Origin: Octopus sinensis
Lineage: Eukaryota
DNA: 64,000 nt
Assembly: GCF_006345805.1 (NCBI RefSeq)
Contig: NC_043002.1
Span: forward strand, 104,904,001 to 104,968,000
Direction: 5' to 3'
How positions within the stretch are numbered: the first letter of the stretch is position 1; each line of letters starts with the position of its first letter. Of this stretch, positions 14,086-26,961 are shown in pieces. The position numbers were made by a program, and so were the translations under genes. A model generated the notes under the pieces. It was not told the DNA's origin and searched no databases. It saw only the letters and a program-made list of their open reading frames with translations.

Positions 14086-14530
14086 ATTGTGGTTATAGAC
14101 TGATGTTTTGGTTTCCATATTTTTAATGAGTTATTATTTTTGTGTCTCTTGGTAGGGTGATTTCTTATGATCTGAAACTTGGCATACACGGCTTTTTATT
14201 GAATTTCACTGTCTATTATTTACTATAATGTACATCAAACATTATTACATAAAATTTAACTACATTTGCATATAAATATGTAAGGTTTAAACTAAACTTT
14301 TATATTGACTCTTAGATCTTTTTATAGACCTAATATTAGCGAGCGTAAATTTCATTCAAATATTAATCTACATGATTCAATGTTTTAGTATGCACTAGTC
14401 TATTATTTGTAAAAATTCCATAAGCTATTTCGCAAGATATTTGCATAACAATATGTTTTCGTCCTTAAATTAGATTAATCATGTCAATTTAATTCGTAAT
14501 TAACAATCATATTTTATCATAACATATATA

Positions 14531-14586
<56 letters not shown>

Positions 14587-14757
14587 TATATATATTTATG
14601 TATGTGTGTGTGTGTGTGTGTGTGTATATTTATATGTTTGTAAATAAATATATTATTATAATTTTATCTGGGCGTTTGCAAAAAGTAAATAGTTTGTGCA
14701 CTGCCATAAGCACTGTCTTAAATATAATTTGTCTATTCAGCAAGTAGTCAATATAGA

Positions 14758-14823
<66 letters not shown>

Positions 14824-14826
<3 letters not shown>

Positions 14827-15163
14827 AATTAAGGACTGAACACGAAAAGGTGGACAGTCAACATGCTAGATATAGACGTCAAATCGCCATTCTCCACACA
14901 GATTTTGTTCTCAAATAAAAATAAAATTCAGCACGACCTAAAGCAATGGATGAGACAAAGAAAAATACTAAATGGAATAATTACCTACGTACTGCAGTTT
15001 CAGCTATTAATATCACAAGGATATCTGTAACTTCATCAGCGTAGTCTGTTATGAGCATAATATGCTGTACTAGATGAAAAACGGTACCGGAGTCCCGCAT
15101 GCAAAAAGTACAACCTATTACGTTCGGATGTATCTTTCGAATGCCTCTACTTTTGGCGCGCTG
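14824..15163 (-). mobile_element. HHR-bearing non-autonomous element flanked by (TA)n on both sides
   Basis: Homologous to the 23581-24084 unit (ACCAATTAAGGACTG...GTCAAATCGCCATTCTCCAC; CTACTTTTGGCGCG). (TA)n lies at 14762-14823 and 15167-15225. Confidence 0.85.
14985..15044 (-). ncRNA. Type I hammerhead ribozyme, intact core
   Basis: CUACG-CUGAUGA-AGUUA ca GAUAUC cuugu GAUAUU aa UAGCU-GAA-ACUGCAGU-A-CGUAG. Stem I is CUACG/CGUAG, stem II is AGUUA/UAGCU, stem III is palindromic and the cleavage triplet is GUA (predicted cut between 14990 and 14989). Confidence 0.88.
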
Positions 15164-15174
15164 ATAATATATAT

Positions 15175-15230
<56 letters not shown>

Positions 15231-15954
15231 TGCAGTTTGTAAATAGCTGTTTTAAAAATATTACTTTAGAGCTTAACTGAATATTTACGCTTTTATAACA
15301 ATAAAAATCTTTTAGATGGAGATAAATATTGAATTTGAAAGAAAGGAGCACTGGTTAGTCATGGAAAGAACGTTTCTCGAGTGATGAATACACTCACCTG
15401 TTGTGTCGGTAACTTTCGATGGAATGGCACCGCATAAAATACTGCACGAAGGAGGTTCTAAATTCCCTGGCATGATAAATGTCATGGAATATATTCAGAT
15501 TGTCTTTAAGCATCCATATGTGTTTATGTGTGTTCGTGTCTGCGAGTGTATGTTTGTATAATGTGTCTATGTGTGTGTGTGTATGCATGTACAAAGAATC
15601 CGGAAATAATACACTTTACAGGGACATCAACACCCAACCAGAAGCGAATTCGCCAGACCAAAGAGAATGCATTAAAAAATTAATACTTTACAAAGACAAA
15701 TTTAATAAATATGACGAAAGAAAACACGGGGCAAAACAACAAAAATGTCATCCAAAAAAGCTTTACCACTGGAATAAAATACGGCACCCATTTGCAATTG
15801 TAATAAAATTTGATTAAACAAACCTTTCTACAATTTAGTCGTTTGTGTAATGCACCTAACATTTTTCAAACAATATATGTGTCATAAATAGCATTATTTC
15901 GTTTTTGGATTTGGTTTGCAAGATTCTTTATATGAGTTCGTGTGTTGAAGCATA

Positions 15955-16154
15955 TTCTGTTGTGTCTGGGGAGAGTCATTTTCTTTTTGTGCCTTATAAT
16001 GTAACACACTCACCGGTAAAATTTACACTTATTTCTTATTTTTATTTTTATTTTTATTTTTATGAAAATAAGAAATAAGTGGAAATTTTACCGGTGAGTG
16101 TGTTACATAATAAGGCAGAAAAAGAAAATTATTCTCTCTCCAGACACAACAGAA
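15955..16154. repeat. Fold-back (~90-bp arms) of a dispersed repeat; third copy at ~23425-23548
   Basis: TTCTGTTGTGTCTGGGGAGAGTCATT...CACCGGTAAAATTT...TTATTTCTTATTTT and its reverse complement at 16065-16154. Confidence 0.85.
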
Positions 16155-17750
16155 AAAATAGCATTTGTATACTAAAACTGGTAACTATATTAGCAATGGG
16201 GGCTTTCACGAGGACAGAAATTACGACAAGGGTTTAGATTACTAAAGATTGACACATTCCAAGCATTATAAACAGCTCCCTGCTCTAAATTACATCTAGT
16301 TTATCCCGGACAAAAACTTCTTTTGAACGAGATTTCAACACACATAAAATCTGAGTTTTTAAGCAGTAGTGACAGCCAGAGAACTGCAGCAATATCGTTG
16401 CAACTAGAGCTGTTTACATTCTAAACAGCACATACCAAAACCCACCCTAACCCAGCAACAAACACACTAGCCCAGACGTGAATTTCCTCTCCTCACATCA
16501 ACGCCTGTTTACCTCTAAAACTTGGCAATAATTTTCTTTCTTTTCTCAAAGTATCTACTTATCATTACAGTAAACTTGCACATCAATCAAATAAGCTACA
16601 TCTTCAGTAACGACAAACTATAAATAAAAAGAAATTGGAATGAATTTCACCGAGAAATAGAATCAAACTTTCCATAATTCAGCAACATCACAATCACCAT
16701 CATAAAGCGTTGCGGTGCGCAGAGAGAGGGAAATAATTATAGACAAATCTACAAATATATCTCACAAGGCGAAATAAAGAGTTAAAACACGGCAACAAAC
16801 CAGAAATAAGCTCATAAAACCCAGAGATAACCTCAAAAGTGATACACCAAAACGGCTCACAACTAAAGTAAAATTCAGGATCAAACGACCAAACAAGGAA
16901 GTGATAAAAATAACCATAAAAATAGAAAATTGGTAAACACTTGTAAACAAAAATAAATCAAAACACGAATATGAAACAAACCATTTTGAAGAGTTAACCA
17001 GAACAAGTCACGTTATATCCCGTTGCAGCTCGAACAATCTCAACATATACGCTCACATTGCGATGCACAACAAGCCTCAATAAAATATTTCTTTAAAACT
17101 TTCCACCAAAACACTTGTAACGAAAGAAGAGGGAGAGAGAGAGAGAGAGAAAAAGAGGGGAGATAACGAGAAGGTGGAGAGGGAGCGAAGGAGAGAGAGA
17201 GAGAGAACAAACAAAAATGCTGACCGTAGCCATAAGGCAATGTTTCATACCCATAAGATATGCAAATAGAAATATGAGAGTTTAAAATCACAAGGGTTCA
17301 AGTCTGACGAAATCCGTGTTGAATATTTAAAACAGTGTTTCAGAAATTTAATGAACTCCTGAACACCAATGACATCTAGTTGTCATACTTATATTGATTT
17401 TATATTTTAGCACAAGGCCTGCAAGTTCGGTAAAATTAGTAAATTGATTGCATCAGCTCCAATGCTCAACCGGTATATAATTTATCGACCTCAAAATAAT
17501 AAAAAGCGAATTCGACATGAGCGCAATTTGAGCTCAGAACATAAAGACTGACCAGTCGCACTAATATAAAAAACTTGGGTTTCGAAGAGTTGAGCTAAAA
17601 CAACAAAAATAAAGTTTAAATCTGAAGTAAAATAATCCAGTCTTGACCCAATCCTATGCTTGACCAAAATACTTCTAAAAGTTCTGATCCTTGCCATTAA
17701 TATATGAAATATCCACGTTTTAACTCTTAACACTGATTTAGAACACTCGA

Positions 17751-18117
17751 TGCACACCATCGGTTACGACGACGAGGGTTCCAGTTGATCTCATTAATGG
17801 AACAGCGTGTTCGGGTAAATAACATGCAAGTGACTGAGCACTCCACAGACACGTGTACCCTTAACGTAGTTCTCGGGGAGATTCAGTGTGACAAGTCTAG
17901 CCCTTTGAAATATAGGTACAACAGAAAGAGGTACAAAGAGTGAGAGAAAGTTGTCGTAAAAGAGTACAGCAGGGTTCGGCACCATACTCTGCCGGATCCT
18001 CGTGGAGCTTTAGGTGTTTTCGCTCAATAAATACTCACAACGCTCGATCTGGGCATCGAAACCGCAATCTTATGACAGCGAGTCTGCTGCCCTAACCACT
18101 GGGCCATTGCACCTCCG
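17751..18117 (-). mobile_element. tRNA-derived SINE (family C), tail variant 1
   Basis: Minus head GGAGGTGCAATGGCCCAGTGGTTAGGGCAGCAGACTCG...GGTTTCGATGCCC (A and B boxes). The first ~190 nt are shared with 42704-43010. Confidence 0.85.
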
Positions 18118-19988
18118 CTTTAGACCACTATATCATGTATGGGTGCTGTAAATGTTGTACGCATTCTGCATACAACAGCCTATGTTTGTCTTCCTGCCTG
18201 CAAGAATGTGTATATGCGCACGTGTGAGCGTGGATATGGTTGGGCGTAACTTTCAATTGTATTTGAGGTTTTCTAGTATAGCTGATAAGAAAGGAGACAT
18301 ATATTTCACTCCTTATTTTAAGCTTAATTAAAATACATTTCTGCCGTCCCACAAAATAGGAATATTGACTCATTCACACGTAACAGCATAATGCCATTTT
18401 GCCACTAGTTTGCAGACACTGTTTTACAAATACAAACCTTGATCATCATCAAAATCTTTAAAGCAACACCGACCGAAGTTATATTCCCATTTGTTACTAA
18501 CAACTCCAGAGAAAGTTGAAGATAAGAAACGCATACATAAATGTAAGCTCATCTCTCTCTAACACATATATACTCGGTTAAGTTCTTGGTGTGTGTGTGA
18601 GAGAGAGAGTGTATATGCGTGTGTGCGTGTGTGCATGCGTGTGTATGTGTGTGTGTGCATGTGTGTGTGCATGTGTGTGTGCATGTGTGTGTGCATGTGT
18701 GTGTGGGTGTGTGCGTGGGTGTGTGTGTGTGTGTGTGTATGTCAACTTCCATGGTCTTAGATCTTCTAAGGTGTCTATTTATCTGCTCCGCGCTCCGAAT
18801 ATCTTCGCGTCTATTCTCAATAAACATCAAAGAGTGAAGAATGACAGAATGGACATCAGTGCATTATACATGGAGTACATGCACGACGAAGATGAAATTA
18901 TGAAAATAAAAGAGCAGATGTTTATAAGAAGAAAACAGTTTGTGGTTGCCGCGAGGATAGAAACCCCGATGTCTCTCCCTGCTCAACAATAACTTACACA
19001 TACTCATATACAACAGACAAAATTCTTCAACATAATTTCAATACTCTCACTCTCACACCCAAAGAAACTAGGAAGGAACAGGATAGTGGGGAGAACGGAA
19101 TATGACCAAATATTCTGTTCTACATAAATTTCGACAAAGAAGACGTCGGTGTGAAACAGCTTAGTATGGTCATCCACAAGCTGGAGTCACCGCATGGCGA
19201 GGAGGACCCATATGAGCTTCATGTTTCGTCTTCGAAATGATTGCATGGGTGCAATGCAACCGTTTAAATAAGGCCCGACTTGGGGCTTATAGCACGTAAA
19301 TATACTACTATTTTTACTGCATTCACCAGCCTTAACTTGTTTATGTATGACAAATTGCTCTTCTTCTCACACGCATTGAAACGGACTGGACCAAGACGTT
19401 ACGGTCACCGCTTAAATGATGCGTGTGCGTGTGTTTGAGTGCGTGTTTTCAAGGAGATACGTATACACCTAGAGAATGCTAGATCCACTTGAACATCAAT
19501 GTAAAGTATAAATAAACACATAGATTGAAGATACATCGATATCGAGAAACACACATACATTAACAGACACACACACACACACATGCACACACATACGCAA
19601 TCAGGCGCACGTATATGAACACGCAATCAACGGAAGGAAGCAAAAGTCGAAAAAGAAAACACTTTCTAGCAAATATATCCACGTACCTACACGCATGCGT
19701 ACATCCACATATATGTACACACAATTCTGCACACACATGCACGTGTCCACATTAACACACACGCTACACATGCACTCAAATTAGAATTGGAAAGTCAAAC
19801 ACAAGTTAAAAGCCACGCACAGTATATAACCATCAGCCTCTGTGTGTGTGTATGCATATATATATATATACGATATACATAGGTATGTATATCTATAAAT
19901 ATATATATGTGTGTGTAGGTATTTATGTATCTATATATGTATATATATATATACATATATACATACACATAGCCTTGTATATTCATAA

Positions 19989-20019
<31 letters not shown>

Positions 20020-20053
20020 CGAATGTATCTGTGTATGTAGGTATGTATGTACG

Positions 20054-20080
<27 letters not shown>

Positions 20081-20095
<15 letters not shown>

Positions 20096-20132
20096 CACGA
20101 ACAAACATTTATATGTGATTGTGTGCGTGTAT

Positions 20133-20177
<45 letters not shown>

Positions 20178-20214
20178 CACGAACAAACATTTATATGTGA
20201 TTGTGTGCGTGTAT

Positions 20215-20263
<49 letters not shown>

Positions 20264-20300
20264 CACGAACAAACATTTATATGTGATTGTGTGCGTGTAT

Positions 20301-20335
<35 letters not shown>
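20081..20335. repeat. Three-unit compound minisatellite (~80-90 bp units with variable (TA)n)
   Basis: ACATATACATATATACACGAACAAACATTTATATGTGATTGTGTGCGTGTATAGGTATATA... repeated three times. Confidence 0.9.
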
Positions 20336-20342
<7 letters not shown>

Positions 20343-20801
20343 CGCATATAAATGCATACACGCGCAGAGGCGCGCGCGCGTACGATAGAATTTAATTTCT
20401 TGCGGGATTTCGAGTTATTGATTTTTATTCGTTTAGCCTAATTAATTTGGTTGGTTGGAGGAAATATTTTTAGACGTAACAGATTGTTCGTTTGCACTTA
20501 AAGGAAATAGACGGATGCTTAGCTTTTAGTTAATTAATATAAAAACAGTTATAATACCAGCAGAGATTCTAATTTGATCGCTTGAAAATCAACGTTTTAA
20601 GAACATCACATATTGCCCGTATGTTAATTAAGTCGAGGGCAAAGCTGTCGAAATCCTGGCTTTCTTTTATTCAAAACATGTCATACTGATGTTATATCCA
20701 CATAACTATGTAATCTCAAAATGTAAAGAATAAAAGTGGGAGTACATGACATCACATACATTGATAGATAGGTAAGGAGGTAAAGTGGTGTATATATATA
20801 T

Positions 20802-20843
<42 letters not shown>

Positions 20844-21012
20844 TTCTTACCAACCTACCTATATAGAATATTTAGGCGGCGAGTTGCGAGAAAGGTTAGA
20901 ACTCAAGGCCAAATACTTAGCGGTATTCCGACTGGCCCCCTCCGGAGGAAGTTCGGGCCTTGTGCCTAGAGTAGAAAAGTATATATGATATATATATATC
21001 ATAAATACTTTT

Positions 21013-21057
<45 letters not shown>

Positions 21058-21252
21058 TATATACTTTTTTCACGAAAAAAAAACAAAAGATGAAGACGGG
21101 GGATGTAGGAAACAAAGAGATGTATTAGTATAACGCTCTGGAATTGAAAACAAAACCTACGCTCTTCCACAGAAAGGAACACAGAACGAAACAAGGAGAG
21201 AAAAAATGCGTGTAGTGGATCTATCATGGCGATTATATATATATATATACAT

Positions 21253-21950
21253 ACACGAACGTCTCGCAGATAATACAAAACCCTAGAGATGTTGCAGCCA
21301 TGCAGCAGGTGCTGGACGCAATTTACAGAAGGGCTGAGGACAATAATATGCAGCTTAATGCTTGAAAATTCCAGGCCCTACGCTACTAGCACCCGAAATT
21401 GGACAGGAAACATACAGGGTACATTGACCAAACGGAGATTACAAGTGTAGACGACCGGCTAGATCCTGAGAACCTTGAGAACCAGAGAGAAGGATACACG
21501 ATGGTCATCTGAAGGACATTCATCCTTAGACACATGGACTACTGTCCCCAACTATGGTCACCCCTCAGTGTAAAATTAACAGCGGACCTTTAAGGAATTC
21601 AGTGAAGCTACACAAAGAGGAACGTCTCGTTGCAACAGCTCAGCTACTGGAAAAGGCTGAAACAGCTAAGACTCTACCCCTTGGAGCGAAGGCGAGCGAG
21701 ATATGCAGTAATATACATCTGGAAGAGCATGGAAGAGAATGTACCAAATTTTGTCATTTAAAGCTGCACAAATGCGAGAACGGGTCGCCACTACACAGTG
21801 CCAAAACTCCCAACACTGCCAACGTGTTTCAGGACCAATTACTGCAATAGCCTCGGTTTCAAGGGGCCACAGTTTTTTTAATTCGCTCAAAGAGCCTGAT
21901 GGACCTACGCGAAGTGGATGTAAGTGTTTTCATGGCAAAACCACCAATGA
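21253..21950 (+). pseudogene. CR1-clade LINE ORF2 (RT C-terminal) remnant
   Basis: Translates VSQIIQNPRDVAAMQQVLDAIYRRAEDNNMQLNA*KFQ, HMDYCPQLWSP, LSYWKRLKQLRLYPLERRRARYAVIYIWK and NSLGFKGPQFFNSL, all typical of CR1-group ORF2 ends. Confidence 0.85.
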
Positions 21951-22566
21951 GATGGCAGTTTCGTTACCACGCCGAGGAAAATGCTTATCAGCATCTCATT
22001 CAGCTTTACGTTCTGTGTTCAATTTCCGTCGAAGTCTGCTTTGCTTTTCGTCATTTTGCCTTTGCGCCAAAACTTGGAAACAATATTGTTTGCACTGCCG
22101 AAAATTAAGGCTGACATGTTTGAGTGAACGTGTCTAGTGACAGTCCAAAATACTTCAGGATCATTACGTTTAATCTGTTAAGTGTTAGAATGGGCAGGAG
22201 TCGTTTATGTGTTGTCAAGTGGGTGAATACTTGTCATTTGTAAATTTGAACGAGGGCATAACATCTTCTTCTCATCTACATTCGTACGTTAGAGTCATAC
22301 AAGAAAAAGTCACGAGTGTACACAGAGTTTAAGTTATTAGTTGCTTAAATCCAACACACCAAGTGACAGAATGATTATGTGTTTCAGTAGATGTTGCTAA
22401 ATATTTTAACTTTGTTAAATATATTAAATTCGAAGCTAATTCAGTCTTGGTTTGTATGAATATAGCTAACAACTTTAGCATGTATATATATATTTTTTAG
22501 CATATATATATATATATATTTAGCATATATATATATATATTTTAGCATATATATTATATATATAAT

Positions 22567-22600
<34 letters not shown>

Positions 22601-22765
22601 AATATATATATATTTAGCATATATATATATATATATTTAGCATATATATATATATATTATATATATATATATAATAATATATATTATATATATATATATA
22701 TTTAGCATATATATATATATTTTTTTTTTCCTCTGTCTTCCCTTCTCGGTTCTTTCCTTCTCCTT

Positions 22766-22800
22766 GTTTCCGACGAAGAGCTCCACTCGAAACGTTAAAC
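22766..22800 (+). ncRNA. Minimal variant hammerhead motif in a short (TA)n-flanked element (~22720-22898)
   Basis: GUUU-CCGACGA-A-GAG cucca CUC-GAA-ACGU-U-AAAC. Stem I is GUUU/AAAC, the core has U4C plus an extra A, stem III is the ACGU palindrome and the triplet is GUU. Confidence 0.7.
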
Positions 22801-22897
22801 CCTCCTTCCCTTCTTTCCTGACCGTCAAATAATACTTTAATTGTTCCACGTCCTCGCGTTGCTGTGTTTTTTTCTGTGTTTTCTTGTTTGGATTAAC

Positions 22898-22939
<42 letters not shown>

Positions 22940-23580
22940 GTATAATTAATATTCAGCAGAAGTAAAGGAGTGACTCAAGGTCCGGAGTTTCAAACGTTGG
23001 CACTTTATTGAGCGTTGAGTGCCAACTCACCGAACATTCCTACCTTGAGTCACTGTAGTACTTACGCTAAGCATTAATAAAAAATATTCAATTTTGTGTT
23101 TGCACCAATATACTATATGAATACGTTCATACATACATATATACGTGCATGATATATAAAGGACAAATAAATCTACATTCAATCTTTTCTCACCTACACA
23201 CATACATAGAAAATACACAAACACGGAATGCAAGCCCATGAGTGTACAGGATTCATACATACAGATGCACACACACATACACATATATATATACATACAT
23301 ATGCATACATACATACACACATACATACGTACACGCATGCATGCATAGGTACACACACACACACTGACCCACACACATGCGCACAAACAAACTAAAAGGA
23401 ACGCAGTGTAAATAACGGACAGAGTCAAGACTATTGAAAAGGTTGCAAGACGCAACGGAAATTTTATGAAAATAAAAATAGGAAATAAGTGGAAAATTTA
23501 CCGGTGAGTGTGTCACAAAAAGAAATGACTCTCCCCAGACACAACAGTATGTATATAAATATATATATATATATATATTT

Positions 23581-24385
23581 ACCAATTAAGGACTGCACAC
23601 GAAAAGTGGACAGTCAACATGCTAGATATAAACGTCAAATCGCCATTCTCCACAAAAAGTTTATGTTCTCAGATCAAACTCAACAAAACCAAAGCAATAA
23701 ACAAGTGAAAAATATACGAAATAAATATTTACCCATGTACTAAATTTAGTTTCAGCTGTTATTTTCCGCAAGGAAAAGTGCAGCATCATCAGCATGGTCC
23801 CATATAAAATGTAATTTGCTGGACTAAATGCCAACACGACACCAAAGTATCGCGTGCATGGAGTCCGGCCTATTACATTTGAAATATATATTTCAAATGC
23901 CACTACTTTTGGCGCGATGAGACCCGAGAAAACTAGCCTGCAGCTAATAGTTAGCAGCAGTTAATTTATCGGTTAGAGAACAAATATTTATAAAATTAAA
24001 TTTAGGGTAAAAATTGATATTTATCAATTAGAACCGTGGTCTAGCATATTAAAAAAGAATCCGAAGATTAAAATATTTATATATACCAATTAAGGACTGC
24101 ACACGAAAAGTGGACAGTCAACATGCTAGATATAGACGTCAAATCGCCATTCTCCACAAAAAGTTTATGTTCTCAGATCAAACTCAACAAAACCAAGTAA
24201 TAAACAAGTGAAAATATACGAAATAAATATTTAACCATGTACTAAATTTAGTTTCAGCTGTTATTTTCGTGTGCAGTCCTTAATTGGTATATATATAATA
24301 TTTTAATCTTCGGATTCATTTTTAATATGCTAGACCACTGGTTCTAATTGATAAATATCAATTTTTACCCTAAATTTAATTTTAT
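23581..24385 (-). mobile_element. HHR-bearing element with a 504-bp unit, partial tandem copy and inverted terminal segment (PLE pLTR-like architecture)
   Basis: Units start at 23581 and 24085. The second unit is truncated at ~24268 and joined via TTTTC microhomology to an inverted copy (24264-24385) of ~23989-24109. Both ends abut (TA)n. Confidence 0.88.
23733..23797 (-). ncRNA. Type I hammerhead ribozyme, intact core
   Basis: CCAUG-CUGAUGA-uGCUG cac UUUUCC uugc GGAAAA uaa CAGCu-GAA-ACUAAAUUUAGU-A-CAUGG. Stem III is a 12-nt palindrome, the triplet is GUA, and there is a U.U pair at the base of stem II. Confidence 0.85.
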
Positions 24386-24389
24386 ATAT

Positions 24390-24498
<109 letters not shown>

Positions 24499-25369
24499 TT
24501 TATTATATATATATATATTTATATATATATATATATATTTATATATATTTATATATATATATATGTATGTATGTATATGTGTCTTCGGGCGTACGTGTCG
24601 GTGGTGAGTGTGTGTGAGAGTGAATGTGTGTGTATGTGTGCGTGGATGTAAGTGTATTTGTGTGTGTGTGTATATATATATATATACAAACACAAATACA
24701 CGTATCTACAGCAAGTTGGGTGAAAAGTTAGCAACGTTTTGGACCATGAAGAATTTGTACCGCATTTTTGCAGGTTTGAATGTTTTTAAGTATTTTTTTG
24801 CAATTTTCTAATAATAAGACGTTCCCAAATGCATCAATAAATAAACATTCATATTGTTTTCACTGTTTTTACAATCATCTGAAATGGAACTGTGAATGCG
24901 CGATATTCGAGCAATTTTGCTATTCAACTACAAAACACAACGCAAGGCAGCAAAACCTCTCGCGTTATTAACAAAACGTTTGTTGAAGAAATGAGTGGTC
25001 ATCTCGAAAATGGTTTAAACCATTTATCAATGGAGACCTGAACCTTGAAGTTGGTGAGCGTAATGTATTTGTATACGTAGATATACTTACCTGAACATGG
25101 ATCTATATAAGCATATATCACCGTATATTTATCTGTATGCATGCAAGTATAGGAGTTCTGTATCTGTGTGTATGATTTATACATCACCTGATCCTACAAA
25201 ATAATTTTAGCATCAAAGGAAGTCGAAGATTTAAACGAGATAAATATTTTATTAATAACCTAACCTCCAGTTCCTTCCTATCTTGTGACGTTACTGTTTC
25301 TCGATAACTTAACACGATCCACTTTTAACACCCACCCACACCCACACATACATATACATACACACACAC

Positions 25370-25408
<39 letters not shown>

Positions 25409-26084
25409 CTAGTAGATAAGATTTTGTGAGATAAAACAAGCATATACACATTATCTTTCATAAAAAGAGCTTATCCTATATATCCACACTTTAACACAGA
25501 GTCATATAAAATATATATATACACTGACATGTATAATATATAGATATATATATGAATTTCTATGTATGTTTGTATATGTATATTTATTATTATATACCTG
25601 CACACACATAAATTTACATATATACTTACCTTTCGTATAGGTATATAGATAGATAAGCAAACAAGTTTTATATGTATTTTCGTATCACTAATACAAATAC
25701 GTGGACTTTGTAAATGCATTCATTCCTGCTACAGTATGACTGGAAACCAATCCCCTTGTATGTCTTCTGTATGTCGCTGTATGGATCTTATGTTCGATGA
25801 GAACTTGTAGCATTAAAATTAATAATCACCAATATCTCCGTAATCTGTGGCAGCATGACACTTTCATCTATCATTAATTAAGTTTAAATGGTGAAGCAAT
25901 TGTATATTTTTCATGTTGCGCGTTTTGATGCCCAAATATTACACGGAGAAAACTTAGGATTTTTTTTATATCTAACATTAATTAATAATGAAATGCGGTG
26001 AAGCCAATTTGTGCATTTAGGTGATAAGTGTTTTTATTTCCAAACGTGAAACTTAAGCTGATTAATATTTGTTCTGTACATGTA

Positions 26085-26297
26085 AGGCAGGAAGCTGGCA
26101 GAATTCATTACAAAGCAGGACAAAATGGGTAGCGGCATTTCTTCCGGCTTTACGCTCTGATTTCAAATACCGTCGCGGTCAACTTTCCTTTCATCTTGTC
26201 GGGGTATATAAAATTAGTACCATCTGAGTACTAGGGTCCACGTAATCAATTTAGCCACCCCCCGAAACCGCTCGACTTGTGCCAACGTTTGTAACCG
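26085..26297 (+). mobile_element. Diverged SINE family A copy
   Basis: AGGCAGGAAGCTGGCAGAA...TCTGATTTCAAATACCG...GGTCAACTTTCCTTTCATC, similar to 32830-33060. Confidence 0.75.
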
Positions 26298-26740
26298 CAA
26301 TTTCTTCCTGATATACGTCATTGCGTAAGTATTTCTGCCATTATCTCTGACTATAAACAGGAAGAATATACTTCCACTTTTGATGTTTCAGTTGCTTTAA
26401 TCACTGCTGAAGCAGCGACTTGATTTTTCCAGCCGATCGAATTAATCCAGTTACGATAATAACCAACAAAGAAAGGTTGCTTAAGACGCTGTGCCGTCCG
26501 ACGTAATTTTATATCGCATGATGATCAGATGGTCCTCCAATTGTGTTAGTGTCGGATCCATAGCAGTTCCTTGCACATCCTTTGACATTTCAGATTCACT
26601 GAACCTAGTTGGTACGTGTTACATATATTTTTGATAAAACTTCTAGTCAGCGTCACATGACTCCGTGATCATCCCGATGGTCTAATTAGAGGAACATGAA
26701 GCTCGTTGTCATTTGGTGCTGAAGCGAACCGGCATTAAAT

Positions 26741-26775
26741 ATGCTGAAGAAGACATATCCTCGAAACGTCAAAAC
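26741..26775 (+). ncRNA. Degenerate minimal hammerhead-like motif
   Basis: CUGAAGA-A-gacauauccuc-GAAACGUC. The core and ACGU palindrome are present, but stems I and II have decayed. Confidence 0.45.
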
Positions 26776-26873
26776 CCTTTCCTTTTTATCAAGCGTCAAA
26801 CTAAGATATCCCATGTGCTGGTCCTTTTGTTGTTGTGTTATTGTTATTGTCAATGACCGATTATTCGATTTAA

Positions 26874-26958
<85 letters not shown>

Positions 26959-26961
<3 letters not shown>

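Noticed and set aside
15600-17100. A/C-rich stretch with LAMGA motif; similar strand-biased stretches at ~1560-2500 and 49780-51130
   Set aside because: Possibly very old PLE or LINE bodies, but the motifs are too sparse to support a call without an HMM search.
20081-22710. CRISPR-like spaced repeats (20081-20335; TTAGCA(TA)n at 22475-22710)
   Set aside because: Spacers are just (TA)n, the context is eukaryotic and there are no cas genes. These are minisatellites.
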